Shown here one piece after another: positions 35,281 through 45,600 of a stretch of DNA of 64,000 nucleotides. Origin of the DNA: Tubulanus polymorphus (taxonomy: Eukaryota; Animalia; Nemertea). The notes under the pieces are model-generated. The model was given only the letters and a program-made list of their open reading frames with translations. It was not told where the DNA came from and made no database searches. The translations under genes were made by a program, and so were the position numbers. The stretch's first letter is position 1, and every line of letters begins with the position of its first letter. The stretch lies in the NCBI RefSeq assembly GCF_964204645.1, contig NC_134029.1:21260950-21324949 (forward strand). Direction: 5' to 3'.

Positions 35281-38200
35281 ATGGATTTCGTGTCAGCAGA
35301 AGTTCTGGAGTCGAATGAGTCGCTCAGGTTAGTAGTAGATATGTGATTAATGAGTTTAAAAACGGGCCAAAATGTTGAGTCGTTGTGAGGAAAGAAGTTT
35401 CTTCTTGGGAATCACCACCGGGGCAAGACTAGATGTAACATCTAAATCTGCGGGAGATTTCTGTGAGGATGTAGACTATAGGCCTACCCTAGTTCATAGA
35501 TGGGACCTTGTGGATGTTGTAGTGTGAAAGAGCCCTTTGTGGTTTTCTGTTGGGATCCTCCCAGTCGGAAAAAATATCAGTGGAACTGGATGGACATTCA
35601 AAATGCATTCTATTCTTGGTGGCGAAAATGTTTTTCCCTCCCATTGCTGTTGCCCACTGCCACTTGAAATTTTATCTAAATCATTAATTGAAAGTAGGGT
35701 CTTTTAAAAAGATTCATATTTTCAATTGATCACAAAGGATCTCTTAAGGGTTGGCTCCTTTTTGGTCCAATAACTGGCTTCGGTTCCTTTACTTTCATTG
35801 CCCTTGATTAATTAGTTGCGTTCTTCTTTTCCAGGAAACTCTTTATCGGTGGACTTAGCGATAAAACTACAGATGGTAAAAAGAATTGTTTTAACCTAAA
35901 ATGAAATAAATTTGAAGTTGAGCTCTTTCTTAACGTTAGCGACGACTAACTGATTTGTATGTTTTTCATTTGTAGATAGTCTCAAAGAATATTTCAGTCA
36001 GTTTGGTGAACTCGTAGACTGTATCGTCATTCGTGATAGTATAACCAAAGAATCGCGAAAGTTTGGATTCGTGACATACAGCGATATGGAGGCTGCGGAT
36101 AAATGTATCGCTCATGTTAATCAAGCTGATCATATAGTCGATACCAAAAGTGTAAGTTTTATTGGCTGGTTCGGTTCACAGGCTTTGCCATTTCCTTCAG
36201 TAAAAGGGCTCTTAATAAATGTACAAAATCCAGTAGTTACGGATTTATTTTTACACCTGCCCGGAAATCCGGATTTTGAGGGAGAATGGAATTTGGATTT
36301 TTGGTGTCTTATTCTTGTTGATGATGATGGGAACAATGAACCTTTGAGAGGAAATGGTTCCCGCGGGGATACCAGCGTATCTGAAGTCCATCATGGCGAA
36401 CTCTTTTTTACTGCTATTCTATATTTATTGTCCACTTCTAGTACAAAATCTTGTTCAATATACAGACAGCCTTAAAATATAATTAAATCTGGATTTTTAG
36501 TCAAGGGTCTAGAAAATACCAGCCTGGAATTTTTGATTCCCCCAACTATTAGAACCAGTTTTCTACCTTGGTAATTAATTACTTATGCTGTTTCTGATTT
36601 GTTTCTATTAATCAGGTTGAGGTGAAAAGAGCTATTCCACGAGATCTTGTAAGTTTAGTGTTTTCGAGGCGTAATAACCTCCGCATTAATTATTGTTCGT
36701 ACAAGTGTTTGCAAATTCACCTTTGAAATTTCTAGGCTGATTATTCGACGCAAAAGACGAAGAAAGTGTTTATCGGCGGTATACCCAGAGACGTTACAGA
36801 GGCAAAAATTAAACAGCTTTTCGACGAATGTCCATTAAATGTTCAAGTGAGTGAAAATAGATTGATCTTGTTTACGATTTGGTGTGAGGATTGTTTAGGT
36901 CTAGAACAGGGTGACCATGATTCGAAAAATAAACGCAGAGAACTTTCAGGGAATACAGATTTTTTTAGGAAAATGGGTGGAAATAAACATGGAAAGTGTG
37001 TTTATGTGGCTGGTGCATTTTCTCTGCGGATTGTTCTGCATGCCAATTTTCAACAGACCTTGACGACTACAATCTTAATTTCGTATTACTGGCAGATTAA
37101 AATTCCTACAAAAATATTTAAGCCGATAGTCAATATGCTTATAGGGCTTGCTTAGTGCAGTGGAACCTCGTTACAGCGAACTTCACTGGACCAGAAAATG
37201 TGTTCGTTTTAACCGATAGTTCGTTATATCCAGTATGAAATTGATTAGATTTTTTAGCTCGGGACAAGATTCTGTATTTGTTATATCCGAGAAATTGTCG
37301 TATCGGAGTTAGTTATAACTAAGTTCGACTGTACTTCGGCTTGTCAAGATAGCAATACTCAGGTCATTCTTGCTGTTATTCGTTAGCACGCATGGCTTTA
37401 CTAGGAAAAAGTGGATGGATTTAAGAACCCTGAGATTGTCTGGTCGTAATATCATGCTGCACCTTTTTTGCAGGTTGCTAATGTGTCGCTTATAAAAGAC
37501 CGAGAGACCGATCAGTCGAAAGGTAAGTCGCCCGATGTCGGGAATCGCCACTGTTCGCACAGCCGGAGACAACGAAACGACACCGCCGTTTTTAAACAAC
37601 GAAAAAAAGAAAGAACAAAATATTCTCAATTTGGGATAATATCTTATTAAACATAGTTCATTCATCGAGGCCCGTGTGTTTACATATGTGTAGTTTAAGA
37701 TAGAACGATTAACTACATTAAGTAAGGCTCGACTATGTGTTATAACTACTGATAGATTGTGTATATTGCTAATTGATACATTGTACTTAATTATACTATA
37801 CTCGATATATATATATATATATTTTGTGTATACATTATTTTATTTTTATAGTTTTACACTAGGTTGTGATCCAGCTAGAACAATATAACGTGAAGACTGA
37901 ATCATACATAAACCTGCGCGATAACGATCGTCGTTTAAAAGCGTCGTCCGTCGCGACCGTGTTTAATCGATTTATCGTCGATCGCGCATTTTTCTCAACC
38001 GAGTCGCGCGGACGGCGTTTTTCCGATAGGTTTTATCGACGCTTTGCTCTGAGTGATGTCTACTATATGCAGCTGTTATTCTCTCTTTTGACTCGGTCCT
38101 TATGACAATCTAGGGTTTGGCTTTGTGACATTTGAAGATGAAGATCATGTAGCGAAAGTAGTAATTGTACATTATTTCAACATAGGTCAAAGAAAGGTCA

Positions 38201-41084
38201 AGTTTAATGAATTATTTATACATATTTATATATTGCCATTATCGAATTTTGCATTCGAAGTCAACCTGTAGTAGGAAAAAAGAGCATAACTAGGACATTT
38301 TCTAGGCATGTTAATCTAGGTCTATAGCTTAGGTCTAGAGATTTTAAGGCAGTTAATATAAATAAGATATAAGTTTAGGCCGCTACAGGTTGACACACAT
38401 TGTTGTGTATGTTATGTTAGTACTTGCATATTGAAGAATCCTGGGCATGTTTCATGTAATTAGGGGGCAGGGTTATACCTAGGCATAATTCAGTTCAATG
38501 GTTAATGCCGGAGGTTCCCTTCAAAAACTGGGCAAAAATCTATTAATTAATTATATTTATTTACACGTAAACCTCAAAAACTACCGAAATTTCCATTAAA
38601 AAAAAAGATAAATCAATTTGAAAATTCGAATTTATTTTATTTATGAAATCTATTCTACTAAATTGATTGGATTAAAATTTAAATTGATTTGAGCTGTTGA
38701 TGGTCTATATGTTGTATGGCCACCAGTTGTCTCTGTCTATAGTAGAATAGCTTTCATGAATTTGTCGATTTCAATCGATATTAACGGAATCGGGTGTGTT
38801 ATTGTAGGTCGAGGTACGTTGCGCGGAGCCTAAGGAAGGAGGCGGCGGCGGAGGAGGTATGCGAGGTGGACGCGGCGGTAGAGGTGGAATGAGAGGTTCA
38901 TCGCGAGGCGGAGGCCGCGGCGGTGGAAATTACGGAAACTACGGCGGTGGACGCGGAGGTGGCGGTGGAAACTGGCACCAAGGTAATTATCCAAGTCCAA
39001 AATGGCCACGGAATTCTCTCGCTTCAAATTTTTAAGTGTGATTTGAACTTTAATTTGTCGATATCCTTTAATAAAGGATATCGACACGACAAAGTCTTAA
39101 GTCTTAAAATAAATTATTTTAAGACTTATAAAATAACGAGGCAACCATTCGTATCAGCCTTTGTTATTGTTTTGCGATCACAACGCAATAGTCGATGTAG
39201 ACTTACACATTAACCTTTCGGTCCTTTTACTAAAGTATGAGTTGTAGGCTCGTCAATTTGCGACATATAACCCGTATTTTTTTTTATCATTAAGGCGGTT
39301 ACGATGGTGCATACGACCAGCAGTATAACGGTAATGGCTACGGAGGAGGAAACAGCTATCAGAATTATAATTCCGGTTATCAGAACGATCAAGGTTTCGG
39401 CCAATACGGTAAGATAACTCTGCTAAACGAGATAATCGTCATTAATTTGGAGATATGCGTTACTAATTATTGATTTGATTTCATTCCACTAGGTGGCAGC
39501 GGCGGTGGCGGCGGCTACTGGGATCAAAGTCAAGGTAAGATATCCTCCTTGTTTCTGTAACTGTGGGAAAATGGATTGAAATTGATTAGCTTGAGTTAGT
39601 TAAAGTGATGCGGTCGATTTGAGTTGAATGCATGTAAATACTGTGTTGGAGTAGATGTCTTCATTCAGAGAATATAGATTACTATAATTGATAGAGCTAG
39701 TGTTAACGTAGTAGCGTGTACGCTCAATTTCGGGAGTAAGTTTTACACGGGAACTAAGTCGTGAAATTATATGTACTGGAAGTATTCTCATAAGTGACTT
39801 TTTCGTTGTTCGGCCTTGCTTATTGTTTGTCACAGAAACGATGTATAACACAGAGATCTAGGGATGATGTACGGGGCATTTTTAGGTACTTGGTGGTTGC
39901 TAGTTTAGGTACACAGTTTACGGGCAGTATGTGAAATGTGTAGTTTTTTTATGAAAAGTCCTGGAATCGAGTTGCAGTGTTTCGTTTCTTTATTTCTAGC
40001 AGCTGCGTCTGGCTATGCTGCTTCTGATGACTCGTCGACAAATACAAAAGGTCATTTTACAACAAATACGCAACTCTTTATTTTGGGGATTTTTTTTCCG
40101 ATAGATCATACCTCTGTGGTCCGAAGCCTTTTGACCTTTTGAATTTCAGCTTAGTATGTGTAACACATAACCACATAACAGTGCAGGGTGTCGTCTACCT
40201 GACAACCTTAGAATTCTGAAATTCAGCCCTTGTCCCCTCAAATTCTAAACATTTAACAAAGTTATGTCTATTAAGTGATATTTTACTAAAAATATCTTAA
40301 TAAGGTGTGTTTAGTCACAAGGTTTACTGTAGATGTTAGTTCATTTTATATACATTCTATTACTAGTGTGGTGAAGTTGAGGTTGAATATAAAGGTTACC
40401 ATTAGCTGAAAGAGAAATTAAGCCTACACAAAACATTTTCGTACGCTATTGATGTTTGCTGTAACTCAATGAGAACGAGATATAAATCTGCATAAACTGT
40501 AGTTACCCTCCTAGAAAATGGATATGACTCTCCATATTTCAATCTCCATGTCTCTTATCTCGATAATAGGCGTCTTAATTTGAAAGGGGAATTTCAGTTT
40601 AATTTTCTCCTGACCCCGCAGACATGCCGGTAGGCATTTTATCGCAATGTATTGAGGATTATTGTATCCTGAATGGTGGGTGGGGTGTACTAAAGGCAGC
40701 AGCTCATTATCTGGCATAAGGGAAGATTGAACTGTACTTTGGTTTTAGGCTAGAAAAAAATGATACCTTGTTTCTCCCAATTGGCCTGATCAGTTCGGTT
40801 CTATAGCTGCCAGGTCTATTATGGTTAGCTTGATGAAAAAAGTAATGGACAAGGTTGATAGGTAGTCAACCGGGTCAACTTTAAAGCTTAGCAGAAATGA
40901 GAAAAAAAGGTATCAATTTTTTAGCCTGAATCTTTGAATTTCATTGATGATACAAGTATTCTCTTATTTTTTTTCAGGAGGTGGTTACGGAGGTGGTAAC
41001 TATAGTCAGGGAGGTGGTGGCTACGGCGGCGGCCGAGGTGGAGGTGGCCCCGGGCGCGGACAAAACCGATATCGTCCATATTAA
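35281..41084 (+). CDS. Heterogeneous nuclear ribonucleoprotein A/B family (2 RRM + Gly/RGG-rich tail), ~325 aa, complete spliced gene
   Basis: Exons 35281-35327, 35835-35875, 35976-36151, 36616-36648, 36736-36846, 37474-37522, 38114-38196, 38808-38982, 39295-39408, 39493-39534, 40978-41084 (978 nt, phases consistent). RNP2 RKLFIGGLS and KKVFIGGIP; RNP1 RKFGFVTY and KGFGFVTF; VEVKRAIPR linker; RGG boxes; ends GRGQNRYRPY*. The exact orthologue (A1/A2B1, D/AB or DAZAP1/Hrp48) cannot be resolved by eye. Confidence 0.93.
35976..36151 (+). CDS. hnRNP exon 3 (RRM1 core)
   Basis: DSLKEYFSQFGELVDCIVIRDSITKESRKFGFVTY...IVDTKS|gtaagt. Confidence 0.92.
36736..36846 (+). CDS. hnRNP exon 5 (RRM2 start)
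   Basis: ttctag|ADYSTQKTKKVFIGGIPRDVTE...NVQ|gtgagt. Confidence 0.92.
37157..37332. mobile_element. Tc1/mariner (pogo-like) MITE
   Basis: CAGTGGAACCTCGTTA ... TAACTAAGTTCGACTG-ta; repeated ttcgttata motifs; partial relative at ~60263-60330 and a similar CAGT-ended element at ~29880-30045. Confidence 0.6.
38114..38196 (+). CDS. hnRNP exon 7 (RRM2 RNP1)
   Basis: atctag|GG TTT GGC TTT GTG ACA TTT: GFGFVTFEDEDHVAKVVIVHYFNIGQRK. Confidence 0.9.
38808..38982 (+). CDS. hnRNP exon 8 (end of RRM2 + RGG box)
   Basis: attgtag|VEVRCAEPKEGGGGGGMRGGRGGRGG...NWHQ G|gtaatt. Confidence 0.92.
40978..41084 (+). CDS. hnRNP terminal coding exon with PY-NLS-like end
   Basis: ttttcag|...GGYGGGNYSQGGGGYGGGRGGGGPGRGQNRYRPY*; TAA at 41082-41084. 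Confidence 0.9.
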
Positions 41085-41711
41085 ACTGATGATCGACTGA
41101 TCTTTGTGTCATGTTTCGGTGTTGTATAGACTCTTAACGCATTGATGATTGTGGTTATTTCCGTGCGTCGGTATTTATACGATAAACCTCGCGTGTGAAC
41201 TGAGATCATGTCTCCGAACTTACGAACTTTACTTAAACCGTGTTACGAAACCGTTGTGTCGTCGATATATAATAATAATGATATAAAACAACCTGCCCGT
41301 TCTTACCACTTCTCGGCTTGGTGAGAAAAATACAATACAAATTACTGTAACCTTGTTTTGTGATGGGCAGCATTTAAAACAAGATCTGTAAATATAAGTT
41401 GATGTTACTATACGGGTGGAGATAGTGACTAACTCTTAGCTGAACACGCTCTCTTATCGTGATGTTTGTCCGTCGGTTTGATCGATTGTTGTTGTAAATA
41501 GAACCGTATAAATTTAAGTCATATATTTGTCAACGATTCTTAAAACATAGGCAGATTGGGGGTCGGATTTTTACATGAACTCATCGCTATCACATTCATT
41601 CATAAATGCAACGATTCTTTTAATTCCTGTGGGGAAAAGTGAGCATAAAACGTTATTTTGTCGTTTTGAATATTTTTAATTTGAATTGAGAGCTCATTCC
41701 TTGTAATATTG

Positions 41712-41717
41712 AATAAA
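41712..41717 (+). terminator. Candidate polyadenylation signal of the hnRNP gene
   Basis: AATAAA about 630 nt after the stop, followed by a GT/T-rich stretch (atgttttgtctt). Confidence 0.5.
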
Positions 41718-42658
41718 TGAAAATTGTCATATTTTGAAATATATGTTTTGTCTTATCATTTGGATTTCGCAGGAAAGCAATTTGAAAGGTGCTGTCGTCA
41801 TAAGTTTGCACATGCCAAATGAATATTTTGCTTAAAATGGCATTGCTGGAAATTTAAGTCCCAAGTATTTGGTTGGAGTTTGCCTTGATTGGTTGTATTA
41901 CTATTTAATAGCGTCCGGTTCGATGCGTGTGGGTGTTTCATTCAGTGCCTCTTGAGTTATCGTCCAAGTCGCTATCTTTATTTATGGCTTTGAAATAAAA
42001 ATGACTTAGAGTTGGAAGAGTAGGAGAATTTTCTCGGCATCTGGCCCGGAAATCGAAAAATACTTTGTCCACTCCATCCGTCCTAAGCCTCTGGCAAGTG
42101 AGTATTACTTTAGTTTTCGGTTTCGCCGCTTTCGTTATACATAGAGGCAGCACTTGACGGTCAAGATCCGACCTCGAAGAACTTATGCTTAATTCAATTT
42201 AGTTAGCCACTTAGATAATTCAGATTTTGAAGTAACTGTCTTGAGATTGGAATTTTTCTCAATTTGTTTAGGCGTATGATATAGTTTTGATATTGCCTGG
42301 TTAAGAAAGTTGCCCGCGTAACGACCAGCAACCCGCGTGGAAAAAAGTGCTGCCAACAACAAACCATGTTGTTGGTGAAACCTAAACAAGCTATTTCTGA
42401 GTTCGAAATATCAAAGTAACACGATATGTTATTTGTGTCAATATTTGAAAGGTTTCGCGGCCGATCCGGATATTTGCGCGATCAATATAAAGTATCTGGA
42501 TATTTTCGGAGCCACCCATCCGCCCCAAAATCCCAATAGATGGCATCAATTTCTACTTTATGAAAATTCTTAAGGATTTTTGCGATCTTTTCCTTAGAAA
42601 ATTCATTCCGTGGCCACAAAAGCGGAATTAAGCTCTAACCACGGTTTCCCGATTCACG

Positions 42659-45600
42659 ATGAGTGATTTTCGCAGCAAGAAGCGAATCGGATCGGGGCAA
42701 AAAAGCCGCACGAACAGTCGAGAAAATCTGCACAAATTGCAGAAAAGCCCTTCGTCTTCAACTTCATCTCTATCCAGCATCACCGGTGGCACTAATAACT
42801 CTAGAAATAGAAATGGCACCAAGGTAAAACTAAGAGTAACTTGCTGGCTTTAGAAAGTTGTGTCAATTTTGTCATGAAACATCATTATTGTGTCATTCCT
42901 TTTTACCACCGTGGTTCTAGTTGAATCAGTTACTTAAGAAATTTAAACAAATTTTGGCTTTTTCTCACGCGTTCACTTTCAGTCGAGCCGTCAGACGAAT
43001 GATGATGTAGTTAGATCAATCGTAAAGGAAGAAGGGAGGACCGCCCGCAATTTAATTGCCTACAGCGTTCCTTTACAAGAAGAATCGGACAAAGGTACGC
43101 GATGCAACAACAGTGCGGTTGCTATGGCAGTCAACCCTCAACCCTAAATCATCTGACATTAGATTATTTTCCGCCCAAATCCAAAAAACCCGATTACAAA
43201 AATTAAATTCAGGGTCAAGTACTTTTGAATAGGCTTATCTCATTAAAAGTTTTTGCTCCCAAGGGTCCATAGGGGCCTATATCGACTTAAGCGTTCCCAC
43301 TATACCCTGAAAATCCTGGAAAAGGGAATTATTGGTGATCAATAATTTTTCCAAAGGCTTGGAAAAGTTTTGAGAATTTAGGTTTCATGTCTAAAGCTAT
43401 AGAAAGCTATGGAATTTCAGAAATTTGGTCTGAATAATAGTACCATCCGTAGGCCAAGTTATAGTATTTTCTGTTAAATTTCAATTCTGCCTTGGTGAGT
43501 AGGCCTATCAGCTTATACCTCATTTAAGTAGCAATAGAAATACGATTTTCGGCCTGAAAAAGGTATTGAAAATCAAAGACTTCAAATGATACAAAGCTCA
43601 CTGATCTGACCTGTTTGCCGTGGCGTTTTTCTATTTAATAACGGAAATGTCTAATTTTCAGTTGGGAAAACAATGAAATTGTCAGCATCGCCTCGGAAAT
43701 CATCGCAGCCAAATCTGAGGACGCGAAGTGCCGATCCGAGTACTCGTTTCGGTCGACAACGAAAACGCAGCGGACGAGATGAAACTCCGCCGAGTAAAAA
43801 AAACGAATCAGCCTCACGAAGATCGAGCGGGTCGGGCATAGGCAAAAAACCGGATCTTCGAGCGAGATATTGGGCGTTCCTGTTCGATAACTTACAGAGA
43901 GCAGTCGACGAGATTTATAAAACTTGCGAAGCGGATGAAAGTGAACTGGAATGTCGGGTAAGATATAATATATTGCGATGTCAATGCGGCACCGCTACTG
44001 TGGCAAGTGAGGATAATTCGAGGGGCGAGTTCACTAGTGGTTACTTTAACCATTTCAGTATTGCATTTTGAAAGCCTAAAAATCCGCTTCAATTTTCATC
44101 TGAATTCAACCAATATTCATGATGAATAACCCTTGGCCTGGTTTTATAGACTGAGGTATTAATTTCAACCCAGGGGTTGACTCAATTGAAAACAAACTGA
44201 ATTAGCCCCAGGGTTAATGTTGATACCAGTCTATAAAACTGGGCCCTGGGTATTGTTGCGACGTCTGGTGCGTGCCTGTACATAATTTTGCATCTGAGGA
44301 CCTGGAGCTGTTAACTTAATATGAGAAAAACATTTGTATTGCAGGAAGTGATTATGATGTTAGAGCGATGCACGCATGATTTCAAAACTTTGATACAGCG
44401 ATTTCGTGTCATCAAAGAATTCGAAAACGCCGATGATGGGAAAAGGTAATTTTGTAGCGATTAAACTGAATCAATTTTCCGTATCGAAAATGGTCGTCGA
44501 TTAATTCAACGACTATTAAATTTTCAGGCCGACATCTCTAGCCTGGGAACTGCGAAAAACTTCACCGGGAAAATCGTTAGTCGCGGCGAACGCGTCTCAG
44601 TCGTCTTTGATCGATAAACAACCGTCGAGTGCGGCTCAACGCGCTCTGAAATTCGCTTCATTCGAGGAGTGAGTATCGTAGAATCATACACATGTTAACA
44701 CCAGGGGCCAGTTGCACAGTCGTGACTTAAGTCCAAAAGTGGTCTTCAATCTTAAAACTGGTCTTAAATTGTTAGGTTGGCTATAGAACAAAGTTGGTCT
44801 TAGTCCGGTCTTAAGTCTAAGCCATGACTATGCAACCGGCCCTGATTATAACTTTCACTCTTTTTAAGAGCTCAACTACTCCCTAAAATGTCAAAATATT
44901 CTCAATCAAAATATTCTCAAAATCAGAATAATTTCAAGTAAACTGTTTTTATTTCAAATTACTCTTATTTTTTGGTGCAAACTTTTACAATTTGAGATAT
45001 CAGGTAGTCTTGTCTGACAAGCAAACAGTCTGCATATTAAGATAATTAAATGTACTCCAGTGCAAAACAATTTTTCTCTTAATCATACAGGCCTCATTAC
45101 TTCTTGAACAACTGTGAAACTGATTATATGACAAAATATTCGTCATGATGGAATCTTCTTAATACCTAATACTGATAAAATCAGTTATTAAAACTAATCG
45201 AAAATGGGAAGAAAATATTTTAGACTTACAATTGAATGCTTGCACAGTTTCCTCAAATAGGAATGATATTATGATTAGATGAGTTGGTTTTGCTTCATTC
45301 TGTTAGATATCGATGATTTATTTGATATTTGCTTCAGGCGTCCGACCGATGACATACCCGCCGTACCCGTACAACGCTCGCCGAATGTCGTCTCCGGTGG
45401 AAACAGCTGGGCCGATCGAGTAAAAGGCATATCAACAACCCCACCCCTCAAGAAACAGCCTAATTCAGGAGATACTGAAAATGTTCCTGCGATTAACGAT
45501 GGTAATTATAGTCTTCGCTTTCATTGAAAATAATGCAAAACAGATTTCGTCAATTTTGTTCACCTAGTCTGTCGCAAGTTACAATTTTGTGATTTCATTA

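Noticed and set aside
37864-37901. Intronic C/D box snoRNA in the hnRNP gene
   Set aside because: CTGA is present, but there is no proper RTGATGA box C at suitable spacing and no terminal stem.
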